Source of the DNA: Candidatus Limnocylindrales bacterium
GTDB lineage: Bacteria > Chloroflexota > Limnocylindria > Limnocylindrales > CSP1-4
Direction: 5' to 3'
Length of the DNA: 64,000 nucleotides
Assembly (NCBI GenBank): GCA_036558545.1
Contig: DATBFJ010000029.1
Span: 6,221 to 70,220 of the forward strand
The first letter of the stretch is position 1, and the number at the start of each line of letters is the position of its first letter. Shown one piece after another: positions 44,401 to 53,793 of the stretch. Position numbers and translations under genes: made by a program. Below the pieces are notes generated by a model, which saw nothing but the letters and a program-made list of their open reading frames with translations, was not told where the DNA came from and did not search any database.

Positions 44401-45057
44401 CTTGGCGCCGGCAATCCGTATGCCGTAGAGGAGTACGCCGAAGTACGCGATCGGCTCGAGACGCTTCAGAGCCAGCACTCCGACATGGAGACCGCGATCG
44501 CAAACACGCGCGAGCTGATCGCGTCGCTGTCGACACTCATCAACGAGCAGTTCCGGTCGACGTTCGCCGCTCTCGAGCACGCATTTGAGCGTCGTTTTCA
44601 CGAGCTCTTCGGCGGCGGTGACGCCGAGCTGTCACTGACGATGCCTGAAGACATCTCGGCCACCGGGATCGAGATTCACGCCAGGCCGCCGGGTAAGAAA
44701 CGCCAGCCACTGTCGATGCTCTCTGGCGGTGAGCGTGCTCTGACAGCCGTCAGCCTGTTGCTGGCGATGCTCGAAGTTCGACCTGTGCCGTTCTGCGTCC
44801 TCGACGAGGTTGATGCCGCGCTCGATGAAGCAAACGTGGGCCGTTTCTCGAAGGCGCTCCGCGGGCTGTCCGAACAGACTCAGTTCATCGTCATCACCCA
44901 CAACCGCGGGACAATCGAGGGTGCCGACGCTCTTTACGGCGTGACCATCGGCGACGACGCGGTCAGCCGGGTCGTCTCGATGCGTCTTCCCGCCGCCACA
45001 AACAACGGCCACAAACCGGAAGTGGACAAGCAGCTGCCCGAACAGGCATTGGCTTGA
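41461..45057 (+). CDS. smc: Chromosome segregation protein SMC
   Basis: 1198 aa. N-terminal GPNGSGKSN Walker A, long coiled coils with central hinge, C-terminal LSGGERALTAVSLLLA signature and FCVLDEVDAALD Walker B. Confidence 0.95.
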   Translation: MGTARLTALRLVGFKSFAEKTVVEFGPGISAVVGPNGSGKSNLADALRWTLGEQGRTLRTRRSEDVIFAGSSSRRAIGMADVTLVIDNGDRLLPVDYGELEIGRRLYRSGESEYLLNRQRIRLRDLVELLDAGNLADNAFLFIGQGMVDQALALRPEERRPLFEEAAGVRRHERRRRQAEQELAEAESNIERVRDVLAELRPQARRLAAQAEQLQARRTAGVELAEGLLGAARARWLSSSQVAAQQHKALDRARAAADSALAELKAAEEQASTLSEAIARRAQDERTQRSEVDQHRLALTELRVALARAESEITSTARERERLVAEATSIETRLADSARTLAEPVPEMDSALDIELDLVERQIAELEPSAPTSDAAAQLRARTAELEQQTRRRDSVASAEAGAAARAGDLTVRLSIAEAERETATAAVKSKQSALAQAEEAAVVARHRVDEIAAARSNAHDRMAGTEAELAASRARLAALDAAMASTDESLSRAARARGGTLLAEGLEVEPDLRRAVSAALGSAASAFLLDAASVTAVADRRGVVALRGIRMKNAPAAPAAAVVDAAKEAGGGLLSEAIRRDPQAEVSRLLARVVWLPTLPAALAIRAQLPPGWQAVTVAGEVVNDQGIVVIGATASALDLQAERSVAEREGTELEARLKADRSDFDRERTGGDAAAHEAQKAARVLESARQDRRRAEEQERVAQRRAEQLLRELNWERSQAERLKGDVSAADALITQLMGEVDRLRAEVEGLAKSDGAADRSVRRLQLIGRRDELRRRRDDRLATVGVAEEARRRADIGRSIDEARARDLDADLERVAARAAELALNQTRLSRELADVEQRSMAATAVLDGLLAAGSDERERLVAAERSAVAAREKLREAETASRGAEMQSMEARLQLEQTREQLLVELATIGADGMRVLRDASGLSPQVSEEDESSASDMEELLDTVISRWSSEVSGGASVESPSQGRLASLRRRFNELGAGNPYAVEEYAEVRDRLETLQSQHSDMETAIANTRELIASLSTLINEQFRSTFAALEHAFERRFHELFGGGDAELSLTMPEDISATGIEIHARPPGKKRQPLSMLSGGERALTAVSLLLAMLEVRPVPFCVLDEVDAALDEANVGRFSKALRGLSEQTQFIVITHNRGTIEGADALYGVTIGDDAVSRVVSMRLPAATNNGHKPEVDKQLPEQALA

Positions 45058-45941
45058 CCGGTTACGAGCAGGGCGTCGCGAAGACGCGCCAAGGGGTGTT
45101 CACGCGCCTGCGCGGTGTTTTCGGGCGGCACATGGACGACGAGGCGTGGGAGGAGGTCGAAGAAGCGCTGATCGCGGCCGACATTGGTGCGGGCCTCGCC
45201 GCCGAGGTAGTTGAGAGGGCTCGTTCACGGCGTGACATTGACGATGCACAAGCCGCGGTCGAGGCCGAGCTGCTGGCGCTCTTCGCGCCGCGTGACGCGA
45301 CGCCATGGCCGCGCATTCCCGCGCCGGACGTGCCCGCCGTCGTGCTGGTCGTGGGTGTAAATGGCACCGGCAAGACCACGACCGTGGCCAAGCTGGGCAA
45401 TCGTTTCGCGACCCGTGGTGCGAAGGTGATCCTGGCGGCTGCAGACACTTTCCGTGCGGCCGCCACGGAACAGCTCGAGACGTGGGGCCGGCGCACCGGA
45501 CTGCCCGTCATTGCCCATGCCGCCGGCGCCGACCCATCTGCGGTGGTCTACGACGCGCTGGACGCCGCGGCGGCCCGCCACGCCGATGTCGTGCTCGCCG
45601 ACACGGCGGGCCGCCTCCATACGAAGACGAACCTCATGGAGGAGCTGGCCAAGATCCGGCGCACGATCGCCAAGCGTCTGCCCGACGCAACACCGGAGGT
45701 TGTCTTCGTTCTGGACGCCACCACCGGCCAGAATGGCCTCGCCCAGGCCAAGGCGTTTCACGAGTCCGCCGGCCTGACGGGGATCATCCTGACCAAGCTC
45801 GACACCACGTCGCGCGGCGGGATCGCCTTTGCCATCGAGGACGCGCTGAAGGTGCCGGTTCTGTTCGTCGGTGTCGGCGAGAAGATCGACGATCTGCTCG
45901 ACTTCGATCCGAACGCGTTCGTGGCTGCGCTCTTCGCCTAG
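45054..45941 (+). CDS. ftsY: Signal recognition particle receptor FtsY
   Basis: NG domain with [15 protein letters not shown] and TKLD motifs. Confidence 0.93.
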   Translation: MTGYEQGVAKTRQGVFTRLRGVFGRHMDDEAWEEVEEALIAADIGAGLAAEVVERARSRRDIDDAQAAVEAELLALFAPRDATPWPRIPAPDVPAVVLVVGVNGTGKTTTVAKLGNRFATRGAKVILAAADTFRAAATEQLETWGRRTGLPVIAHAAGADPSAVVYDALDAAAARHADVVLADTAGRLHTKTNLMEELAKIRRTIAKRLPDATPEVVFVLDATTGQNGLAQAKAFHESAGLTGIILTKLDTTSRGGIAFAIEDALKVPVLFVGVGEKIDDLLDFDPNAFVAALFA

Positions 45942-47260
45942 GCCTCCGGGCTGGTGCCCAGCTGCGCTTCTTCGATCGTGCGCAGGCGACGAACGGGGGA
46001 GAAGTAGACGGCCAGAACGCCCAGGAGACCGACCAAGGGGCCAATGACCAGCGCGGCGCGCAAGCCGAGCGACACGGCGATGAAGCCGCCAGCGAGGGTC
46101 ATGACCAGCTGGGCGAGGAGGACCGCCACGGTGACAGTCGCGGTCACGCGACCGAGGCTCCGGTCGTGGACGATCGCCTGTCGGATGGACGTGTCGGTGA
46201 TGTCGTAGGCGGTCATCGCCGGATCCGTTACGAGCTGTTGGCCGACCAGGAACGCCATCGCGACCAGCGGCGCGCCAGCCGGAGCGAACGGCACAAACAG
46301 AAATCCCAGGACGCCGATCAGGATGCCGCCGACTACCACCGATCCGACACCAAAGCGCTTGGTCGTTCGCTCCGTGATGAGCGCCGCGAACAGCGAGCTC
46401 AATCCGCCGAACGCGGCAATGATCCCGATCGCCGCGGCGTCCAGACCCAGCTCGTCGATCGCGAACAGGTACCAGGTGGCGCTGAAGACGCCCCAGGTCG
46501 CGGCGGTGGCCATCGACGCCAGCGTCGTGGCGCGCAGGATCGGGTTGTGCGTGACCAGGCGGAGGCCGGCCACAATCTCGCGCAGGACCGGCTCACGCTC
46601 GGTCCTGCCCGGTGGCGGCGGCTCCTTGACCCGGATCGAGCCGAGGAGGAGGGCGGAGAACACGAAGCTGACCGCATCGACGAAGATCGCGATCGGCGCA
46701 GTGAGGATCTGGACCAGAAAACCCGCCGAGCCAAACGCCAGGAACTCCGAAACGGAGCTGGAGGCGGCCAATGCCCCGTTGGCGCGCACGAGATCGCGAC
46801 GGCGCACGATTGTCGGCAGAAACGCCCGGTCAGCCGCGTCGAAAAAAGTTGTCAGCACGGCCGTCAGCAATGCCACGATCAGCAGCAACGGCAGGGACAG
46901 CCAACCGCCTATCGCGGCCAGCGGGATCAAGCCCAGCAGCAGCGCGCGTCCAAGGTCGGCCCCCACGAGTACCGGTCGGCGTCGCAGACGGTCGACCCAG
47001 GCGCCGGCGACCAGCCCGACGGCCAGGCCCGCGATGAGATCCATGCTGCGGACCATGGCCACGCCGATCGCGTCCGCATTCAGCGTGACGATCGCGACGA
47101 ACGGCAGTGCGACCCGGGTGATGAGCGATCCAAAGATCGAGATGGTGGCAGCTGCCCAGACGCGTTGAAACGGCCCGTTGCGCCACAACGACGGCCCGGG
47201 CAGCTCATCGGCCGGTGGCAGGTGCGGATCGGTCAGCGGGTCGTAGGCCACGGCGGGCAA
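45938..47260 (-). CDS. MFS transporter
   Basis: About 12 hydrophobic helices and a DRLRRRP-type loop motif after TM2. The start is trimmed to TTG 47260 or GTG 47251 because the longer ORF overlaps ffh and is non-membrane-like. Confidence 0.75.
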   Translation of the reverse strand: MPAVAYDPLTDPHLPPADELPGPSLWRNGPFQRVWAAATISIFGSLITRVALPFVAIVTLNADAIGVAMVRSMDLIAGLAVGLVAGAWVDRLRRRPVLVGADLGRALLLGLIPLAAIGGWLSLPLLLIVALLTAVLTTFFDAADRAFLPTIVRRRDLVRANGALAASSSVSEFLAFGSAGFLVQILTAPIAIFVDAVSFVFSALLLGSIRVKEPPPPGRTEREPVLREIVAGLRLVTHNPILRATTLASMATAATWGVFSATWYLFAIDELGLDAAAIGIIAAFGGLSSLFAALITERTTKRFGVGSVVVGGILIGVLGFLFVPFAPAGAPLVAMAFLVGQQLVTDPAMTAYDITDTSIRQAIVHDRSLGRVTATVTVAVLLAQLVMTLAGGFIAVSLGLRAALVIGPLVGLLGVLAVYFSPVRRLRTIEEAQLGTSPEA

Positions 47261-47291
47261 GACTAGGCGAACCGGTAGACTTGCAACTCCC

Positions 47292-48629
47292 GTGTTTGAC
47301 GATCTTTCCGAACGACTGCGTGGCGTCCTCGGCCGCCTTGGCGGTCGCGGTCGAATCACCGAAGCCGACGTTGACGCCGCAATGCGCGAGGTTCGCCTTG
47401 CCCTGCTCGAGGCTGACGTCAACTTCCGTGTGGTCAAGGACTTCGTTGCGCGGGTGCGCGAGCGGGCGGTCGGGCAGGAGGTCCTCGAGAGCGTCAATGC
47501 CGGCCAGATGGTCATCAAGATCGTCCACGAGGAGCTCACCGCGATCCTTGGCGCCGGCGATCGTACGTTCCATCTGAGCGGGTCACCGGCTGTCGTGATG
47601 CTCGTAGGCCTGCAGGGCTCAGGTAAGACGACTGCCTCCGCAAAGCTCGCGCGCTACATCACCAAGCAGGGCCGGCGGCCAATGATGGTCGCGGCGGACA
47701 TCTACCGGCCGGCGGCGATTGACCAGCTCCAGACGCTGGGCAAGCAGATCGATATCCCGGTGTTCAGGGCAGCGAACGGAACCAGCGTGCCGGACATCGC
47801 TCGCGGCGCGCTGGACGCGGCAAAGTCCCAGGCGCGCGACGTCGTGATCCTGGACACGGCCGGCCGCACCTCGATCGACGAGCAGATGCTCGAGGAAATC
47901 AGGGTTTTGGGCAAGCAGATGCAGCCGGCCGAGACGCTTCTGGTGGTCGACGCGATGGTCGGCCAGGAGTCGGTCGCAGTCGCCCAGGCATTCGTCGAGG
48001 TCGCGCCGGTGACGGGCATCGTCCTGACCAAGATCGACGGCGACGCGCGCGGCGGAGCTGCTCTCTCGATAAGTGCCGTGACCGGCTTGCCCGTCAAGTT
48101 CATGGGCACGGGCGAGCGGACCGACGCGCTCGAGGTGTTCCACCCCGATCGTCTCGCGGGCCGCATCCTGGGCATGGGCGACGTGCTGTCGCTCGTGGAA
48201 CGGGCGCAGGAGAACATCGACCAGAAGGAGGCCGAGGAGCTTGCGCTCAAGATGCAGCGCAACGCCTTCACGCTCGAGGACTTCCTTTCACAGATGCAGC
48301 AGCTCAAGAAGATGGGCCCGATCGGCGGGCTGCTCGAGATGATCCCTGGATTCGGCGGGTCCGCGGCCAAGGAAGCGCAGCGCGCCGTGGACAGCGGCGA
48401 GCTGAAGCGGGTCGAGGCAATCATCCAGTCGATGACCCTCGCCGAACGGCGCGATCCGGACATCCTGACCGCAAGCCGGCGACGCCGGATCGCGCGCGGC
48501 TCGGGTACGTCACTCCAGGACGTGAACCGTCTGATCAAGCAGTTCGGCGAGATGCGCAAGCTGATGAAACAGCTCAGCGGACCGGGTGGGAGCCGCCGGG
48601 CAATGTCGCTGCTTGGCGGTCGGCGCTAG
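47292..48629 (+). CDS. ffh: Signal recognition particle protein Ffh
   Basis: GLQGSGKTT, DTAGR and TKIDGDARGGAALS motifs, plus a Met-rich M domain. Confidence 0.95.
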   Translation: MFDDLSERLRGVLGRLGGRGRITEADVDAAMREVRLALLEADVNFRVVKDFVARVRERAVGQEVLESVNAGQMVIKIVHEELTAILGAGDRTFHLSGSPAVVMLVGLQGSGKTTASAKLARYITKQGRRPMMVAADIYRPAAIDQLQTLGKQIDIPVFRAANGTSVPDIARGALDAAKSQARDVVILDTAGRTSIDEQMLEEIRVLGKQMQPAETLLVVDAMVGQESVAVAQAFVEVAPVTGIVLTKIDGDARGGAALSISAVTGLPVKFMGTGERTDALEVFHPDRLAGRILGMGDVLSLVERAQENIDQKEAEELALKMQRNAFTLEDFLSQMQQLKKMGPIGGLLEMIPGFGGSAAKEAQRAVDSGELKRVEAIIQSMTLAERRDPDILTASRRRRIARGSGTSLQDVNRLIKQFGEMRKLMKQLSGPGGSRRAMSLLGGRR

Positions 48630-48661
48630 GAAACAAGGGCGTTCGACAAAGCGTCAGGGTC

Positions 48662-50644
48662 ATGGGAGCATGGCCAAACAACTCTTGGGAGCTCTATTCG
48701 ATGACCGTCACCGGTGATGGTGCGGGCGACGAGCAGTCACGCGTCGACCGACAACCACCAGCTTTTCCGCAAGTAGCCAATTCGCAATCTGACCAGAGCA
48801 CGGCCGGCACTCCCGGCCTGTTTTCGCCCGCCGCGCCCGTGGCGGCCGAGACCTCCGCCATTCAGAGGAGTGCAATTGCTCCTCCGTCCCAGAACGGCAA
48901 CCGCGGCGGCAGCCGCTTGCGCTGGATCGTCGCCGGCCTGGCGACCATCCTCGTCGTCGCCGCGCTCGGCGGAGTCCTGTTCCTCGCTGCGCCACGCGCG
49001 GGCGCCGCTTCTGCGACCGCGCACTACGTGCCCGCGGATACGGGCATGTACGCCGAGGTCAACCTGAGCCTGCCGGGTGACCAGCACGACAACATGGCTG
49101 CGTTCATGAGCCACTTCCCCGGCTTTGCCGATCAGGCGGCGTTCCAGCAGAAGCTCGACGAGACGCTGAACACGGTGCTGACCAGCAGATCCAACGGTGC
49201 GCTTGACTGGAATAACGACGTCAAGCCGTGGTTCGGCGGCCAGATCGCCGTCTTTGGCGACCCGAGTCCGGTTTCAGCCGAACCCGTCGTTGGCACGGCG
49301 CCTCAGGCTCAGACGCAGCCAGAGGTCGTGCTCGCCTTCACGGTCAGCGATGAGTCGAAGCTTCAGTCGGTGATCGACTCGAAGTCGGGCAGCTCGCAGG
49401 TTTCTACGGAGACCTACCAGGGTCAGCAAATCGACACGATCGCCCAGCCTGCCGGAATGTCACGGGCCGTCTCGTACGTCGTGACAGACGACGCCCTCCT
49501 TGCCTCGCCGAACGTCGACCTCCTGAAGCAGGCGCTCGACGTCAAGGCCGGATCGAAGCCCGCTCTCGCCGACGACAGTTTCTTCACCCAGCAGCTCGCG
49601 GCGCTTCATGCCGACCGTATTGGCACGTTCTATCTCGATGCGGGCAAGGCGGTGGCCGCTATGCCGCAGCCGTCCGATTCGCCGTTGTCTGCCAATTGCA
49701 TGCAGCTCACGCAGGCGATGGCGAGCGTCAAATACGTCGGCGAGCTCCGAGCCGAAAGTGATCATCTGGCATTCAACATGCGCGCCCAGACACCGACTGG
49801 CGCGAATGTTCCGCCGGCACCGCAGAACAAGACGACAACTCTCGCCCAGGCGATGCCAAACGACACGATGGTCTACCTCGAGATGCGCAATGCCGGCGCC
49901 AACCTTGGTTGGATGATCAAGAACCTGTTGGCCTGCTCGGCGACCCAGTCGGGCGCCAACGGCGCGGTGCCCAGCGGCCTGGACATTCTTGGCGGCGGCA
50001 ACGCTGACCAGCTCTTCGAACAGTTCCTCGGCGCCAAGCCGGAGGATTACTTCAACTTCCTTGACGACGTTGCGCTGGGCGTGACCTACGCGAACGACAA
50101 GGTCGGCGGCGGAATCGTCGCCACCGTTGACGACCAGGCCGTGGCGACCCAACGCGTGGACAAGCTCCTGGCATTGCTCCAGATGGCCGGACAGTTCGGT
50201 GGCGCCCAAAGCGGCACCCAGATTGCGACCCAGTCCGCGGATCACAATGGCGTCAAGGTCACTACTGTCACCGTCACTGGGGTCGGAACACCGGACGCAG
50301 GCGCGCCGCCCGTCAGCTTCCAGGTTGCCACCGCGAACAATCGCCTCTACCTGGGTCTCAATGACTTCGTCACTGGCGCGCTCGATCGCCAGGCCAACGA
50401 CTCGCTTTCCTCCAGCGCCCGCTACCAGAAGGCGATTTCGGCGGCGCCGGCCGATAATGCGGGCATCCTGTACGTCGACGTCGCCGGCGCGCTGGCTGCC
50501 TATGAAGACGAGCTCCCGGCAGAGACGAGGCAGGATTTCGAGACGAACAAGAAGCCGTTCCTCGATCCGCTGAGCAGCTTCAGTCTTGTCAGCCATATCG
50601 ACAACGGCATGGTGGTTACCAACGGCTTTCTTTACGTCGAGTAA
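48662..50644 (+). CDS. Large membrane-anchored extracytoplasmic protein of unknown function (DUF3352-like by recollection, unverified)
   Basis: 660 aa. Low-complexity N-terminus, single TM helix (WIVAGLATILVVAALGGVLFLAA), then a ~540-aa Ala/Gln/Thr-rich domain. Confidence 0.6.
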   Translation: MGAWPNNSWELYSMTVTGDGAGDEQSRVDRQPPAFPQVANSQSDQSTAGTPGLFSPAAPVAAETSAIQRSAIAPPSQNGNRGGSRLRWIVAGLATILVVAALGGVLFLAAPRAGAASATAHYVPADTGMYAEVNLSLPGDQHDNMAAFMSHFPGFADQAAFQQKLDETLNTVLTSRSNGALDWNNDVKPWFGGQIAVFGDPSPVSAEPVVGTAPQAQTQPEVVLAFTVSDESKLQSVIDSKSGSSQVSTETYQGQQIDTIAQPAGMSRAVSYVVTDDALLASPNVDLLKQALDVKAGSKPALADDSFFTQQLAALHADRIGTFYLDAGKAVAAMPQPSDSPLSANCMQLTQAMASVKYVGELRAESDHLAFNMRAQTPTGANVPPAPQNKTTTLAQAMPNDTMVYLEMRNAGANLGWMIKNLLACSATQSGANGAVPSGLDILGGGNADQLFEQFLGAKPEDYFNFLDDVALGVTYANDKVGGGIVATVDDQAVATQRVDKLLALLQMAGQFGGAQSGTQIATQSADHNGVKVTTVTVTGVGTPDAGAPPVSFQVATANNRLYLGLNDFVTGALDRQANDSLSSSARYQKAISAAPADNAGILYVDVAGALAAYEDELPAETRQDFETNKKPFLDPLSSFSLVSHIDNGMVVTNGFLYVE

Positions 50645-50682
50645 CCTTTGCCCCGACTTTCCCAGGGAGGCTTTCTGAATCA

Positions 50683-50958
50683 GTGGCAGTAAAAATCCGT
50701 TTGACGCGCGTGGGGGCGACGAAGCAACCGACTTACCGCTTCGTCGTATCCGACAGCCGCAACGCCCGCGACGGCCGGTCGCTCGACACGCTGGGTCACT
50801 ACAACCCGCGCACAGATCCGGTCGAGATCAAGGTCGACGAGGCCAAGGCCAGGGAATGGATGAGCAAGGGTGCTCAGCCGTCCGATACCGTTGCGCGCCT
50901 CTTCCGCCAGGTTGGCGTCCTGCCTGAGCAGGCGAAGACAGCGGCGAAGGCTAAGTAG
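50683..50958 (+). CDS. rpsP: 30S ribosomal protein S16
   Basis: VKIRLTRVGATKQPTYRFVVSDSRNARDGR. GGGAGG SD. Confidence 0.95.
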   Translation: MAVKIRLTRVGATKQPTYRFVVSDSRNARDGRSLDTLGHYNPRTDPVEIKVDEAKAREWMSKGAQPSDTVARLFRQVGVLPEQAKTAAKAK

Positions 50959-50962
50959 CACG

Positions 50963-51196
50963 ATGTCAGCAGAGTCGCTCGTTGAATACGTCGCGCGTTC
51001 GCTCGTCGACAACCCGGACGACGTCACCGTCAAGACCATCGACGACCAGGATGGTCGCGTGATCGAGCTCCACGTCGCTGAAGACGACATGGGCAAGGTC
51101 ATCGGCCGCAACGGCAGCGTGGCCAAGGCGCTGCGCACGTTGCTCAAGGTCGTCGCGGCGCGCGAAGGGGAGTCGGTCTCACTCGAGATCGTCTGA
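50963..51196 (+). CDS. KH domain RNA-binding protein (YlqC-like)
   Basis: 77 aa with GKVIGRNGSVAKALRTLL (GxxG KH loop). Conserved position between rpsP and rimM. Confidence 0.88.
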   Translation: MSAESLVEYVARSLVDNPDDVTVKTIDDQDGRVIELHVAEDDMGKVIGRNGSVAKALRTLLKVVAAREGESVSLEIV

Positions 51197-51215
51197 GCGC
51201 GCTGAGAGCGCCGCG

Positions 51216-51722
51216 GTGACCGACCGTCTGGTGGTCGGCCTCGTCCGAGGCGTGCATGGCCTGCGCGGCATGGTCCGTGTCGAGGTCCTTTCCGACAATC
51301 CGAATCGTTTCACGGCCGGCAATGTTCTGCACCGCGAGAACGATGACCGGCCGTTGACGATTCTCAGCGCTCATCGTGACGGACCCGGGCTGCTCGTCAG
51401 ATTCCGCGAAGTGACCACCCGTGAGGCCGCGGACGGCCTGCGCGACGCATATCTCGAAGCGGACCCCACCGACCTTGCGCAGGACACCTACTACTGGCAT
51501 GACATCGAGGGCTGCGCTGTCGCGACCGACGACGGGGAGGAACTCGGCACCGTCGTGGAGGTCTTCCGCGTCGGAGCGTCGGAGGTCTACGTCGTGCGCG
51601 GCCAGAGTGGCGAGGTCCTCGTGCCGGCGGTGACCGATGTCGTCAGGCAGATCGACGTAGTCGCGAAGCGGATAATCGTCGACCGCGAGGCGTTGGGCCT
51701 GGACGACAAGGGCGAGGCCTGA
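51216..51722 (+). CDS. rimM: 16S rRNA processing protein RimM
   Basis: [19 protein letters not shown]-terminus and PRC-barrel C-terminus. rimM-trmD synteny. Confidence 0.9.
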   Translation: MTDRLVVGLVRGVHGLRGMVRVEVLSDNPNRFTAGNVLHRENDDRPLTILSAHRDGPGLLVRFREVTTREAADGLRDAYLEADPTDLAQDTYYWHDIEGCAVATDDGEELGTVVEVFRVGASEVYVVRGQSGEVLVPAVTDVVRQIDVVAKRIIVDREALGLDDKGEA

Positions 51723-51723
51723 C

Positions 51724-52395
51724 TTGCTCAAGATCGATGTCGTCACGATCTTTCCCGAGCTCTTTCCGGGGCCGCTCGGAGCGTCCATCCCGGGCCGGGC
51801 CCTCGAACGCGGGCTTGCTGAGCTGAAGGCACACGATCTGCGTGAGTGGGGGCTCGGGCGCCACCGCAGCGTGGACGACTATCCGTATGGCGGTGGCGCC
51901 GGCATGATCCTGCGAGTAGAGCCCATCGCAGGGGCCCTGGCGGCACTGGCCAAGCCGGAAACGACCAAGGTCCTGCTCGATCCCGGCGGCAAGCGATTTG
52001 ACCAATCCGTGGCGCACGATCTGGCCGCGCGTGAACACCTGTTGCTGCTGTGCCCGCGCTACGAAGGCGTCGATGCGCGCGTCCGGGAAATGGTCGATAT
52101 CGAGGTCTCGATCGGCGACTATGTTCTGTCAGGCGGCGAACTGCCCGCGATGGTCGTCATCGACGCCGTCCTGCGCCTGTTGCCGGGTGCCATCGACGAG
52201 GCGTCGCCGGTCGACGAGTCGTTCTCGAACGGATTGCTCGAGTACCCGCAATACACGCGGCCGCCCGAATTCGAGGGCAAGTCAGTGCCGGATGTGCTGC
52301 TATCGGGCAATCACGGTGCCGTTGACGACTGGCGCCGCGAGCGGGCTCTGGAACGTACTCGCTCCAATCGCCCGGATCTGCTCGACGAGCGCTAG
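51724..52395 (+). CDS. trmD: tRNA (guanine37-N1)-methyltransferase TrmD
   Basis: [22 protein letters not shown] and [10 protein letters not shown] motifs. Confidence 0.93.
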   Translation: MLKIDVVTIFPELFPGPLGASIPGRALERGLAELKAHDLREWGLGRHRSVDDYPYGGGAGMILRVEPIAGALAALAKPETTKVLLDPGGKRFDQSVAHDLAAREHLLLLCPRYEGVDARVREMVDIEVSIGDYVLSGGELPAMVVIDAVLRLLPGAIDEASPVDESFSNGLLEYPQYTRPPEFEGKSVPDVLLSGNHGAVDDWRRERALERTRSNRPDLLDER

Positions 52396-52501
52396 CTGAT
52401 TTCGCCAGCCTCCTGGCAAATGCTGCCCACGGACGGCTCTTGCGGAACATTCCGGACCGGTCCCTCTGTTGCGGTCTGCCTGTATGGGACGGGCCCGACG
52501 A

Positions 52502-52882
52502 TCAGTCGCCTGAGAACATCTGCGCCTTGTCGATTACGCAGAAACGGTTTCCTTCGGGATCGGCCATGACGACGAAGTCAGCGCCCTCTGGCGGCTTCCA
52601 CTCGACTTCAGTGGCTCCGAGATCCTTGAGGCGTTTGACCTCGGCGTGTTGGTCGGCCGCGTAGAGATCGAGGTGGATTCTCGGGGGCGCCGCTTGTGGC
52701 TCGGCTCTCGCTGTGTCGAGCGTCAGGTTCGGCCCGTTGCCGACGCGCGGCCTCAGGACCACGCCGTCGTCGTTGTATTCCTCCGGGTCCCGCGCGACAT
52801 AGTCAAGCGCTGAACTCCAGAACGCCCGTTGCCGCGCGAGGTCCCGCACGCCACGAATGACCACCGATCCAACGACGAGCAT
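52502..52882 (-). CDS. VOC/glyoxalase-like family protein
   Basis: 126 aa from ATG 52882, with IHLDLYA...DPEGNRFCV pattern. The start lies 4 nt after the upstream DUF385 gene stop. Confidence 0.65.
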   Translation of the reverse strand: MLVVGSVVIRGVRDLARQRAFWSSALDYVARDPEEYNDDGVVLRPRVGNGPNLTLDTARAEPQAAPPRIHLDLYAADQHAEVKRLKDLGATEVEWKPPEGADFVVMADPEGNRFCVIDKAQMFSGD

Positions 52883-52886
52883 CGGA

Positions 52887-53309
52887 CTAGGCGCCGGAGA
52901 CCGGATCGACTCGGAAGACCGGATAGTCAGCGGAGTGCGCGACCACCTCTTCGGGCGTCCTGCCGCCGAAGAAGCGGCGGCCCCCGCGCACCTGCTCAAG
53001 GAACGCTCTCAGGATCGGTCCGCGCCGCTCGGCGGCGATCTCAGTGAGGGCGACCTGGTGCTCGTCTTTGCCCCGGCCGAGCGTGCCACATTGCGCCGCT
53101 TGAACATTGAGTACCCAGTTCGCCTCGGCGAACGCGGCGACGATGTATCTGTCGCCGGCCAGCGTGGCGATTGATATGGGCGTCTGGCGCGGCTGGCCGC
53201 TCTTCCGCCCGCGCACGGTCAGCAACTGTTGGCTGCCGACGCCAAAACCGCGCCTGAGCAGGGCCGTATTGAGCCTGACGATCCACGCTGGCGGAGGCTT
53301 GGCGGACAT
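52887..53309 (-). CDS. Deazaflavin-dependent nitroreductase-family (DUF385) oxidoreductase
   Basis: LLTVRGRKSGQPRQTPI...GDRYIVAAF... resembles the F420H2-dependent DUF385 core. Confidence 0.65.
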   Translation of the reverse strand: MSAKPPPAWIVRLNTALLRRGFGVGSQQLLTVRGRKSGQPRQTPISIATLAGDRYIVAAFAEANWVLNVQAAQCGTLGRGKDEHQVALTEIAAERRGPILRAFLEQVRGGRRFFGGRTPEEVVAHSADYPVFRVDPVSGA

Positions 53310-53336
53310 GGACGGAGGTTATACGCGGTGCCGTTG

Positions 53337-53342
53337 TATACT
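53337..53342 (+). promoter_or_regulatory. -10-like box TATACT followed by CGGCC upstream of rplS
   Basis: TTGTATACTCGGCCGCC. Followed by a 7-bp GC hairpin (53343-53349 / 53364-53370). Confidence 0.4.
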
Positions 53343-53373
53343 CGGCCGCCCGACCTGAAAACCGCGGCCGCTA

Positions 53374-53754
53374 TTGCAGCGCGCCAGTCACACAGTGAGT
53401 CAAATCGTGAGCGTCATCGACGAAATCAGCGCGGAGCAGCTGCGCACCGACCTGCCCGAACTCGCCTCGGGCGACACCGTGCGCGTTTCTGCCCGCGTCC
53501 GTGAGGGCAATCGCGAACGCATCCAGGTCTTCGAAGGCACTGTCATGCGCCTCCGCGGCGGCGGCATCAGCCGCTCCATCACGGTCCGCTCGATCCGCAG
53601 CGGCGTTGGTGTCGAGCGCACGTTCAAGATCCATTCGCCGCGCATCGAGAAGATCGAGGTCGTCCGCCACGGCGTCGCGCGGCGCGCCCAGCTGTACTTC
53701 CTGCGTGACCGCGTTGGCAAGGCCGCTTCGCTTCGGGAGCGCCGTCCCTCGTAG
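53374..53754 (+). CDS. rplS: 50S ribosomal protein L19
   Basis: [26 protein letters not shown]...RSITVR...[19 protein letters not shown]. The start (TTG 53374 or GTG 53395) is uncertain. Confidence 0.92.
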   Translation: MQRASHTVSQIVSVIDEISAEQLRTDLPELASGDTVRVSARVREGNRERIQVFEGTVMRLRGGGISRSITVRSIRSGVGVERTFKIHSPRIEKIEVVRHGVARRAQLYFLRDRVGKAASLRERRPS

Positions 53755-53793
53755 TTCTCCCGGCGCGGCGGGCGTCCGGCCGACGGACTAACC

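Noticed and set aside
41461-45057. Highly repetitive Ala/Glu/Arg/Leu sequence and multiple nested ORFs within smc.
   Set aside because: This is the compositional bias of the SMC coiled-coil arms. No exact nucleotide tandem repeats were found, and the head, hinge and signature motifs are intact.
45305-47266. Very long ORFs antisense to or out of frame with real genes. Examples: 45305-47266 (+, 653 aa), 2111-3367 (-), 3665-5146 (-), 5172-6467 (-), 18455-19753 (-), 29563-30873 (-), 42339-43724 (-) and 62445-63572 (-).
   Set aside because: Their translations are Arg/Ala/Gly/Pro-rich and low in complexity, with no motifs. They fully overlap genes with unmistakable signatures. Stop-codon depletion in alternative frames is expected in ~65% GC DNA.
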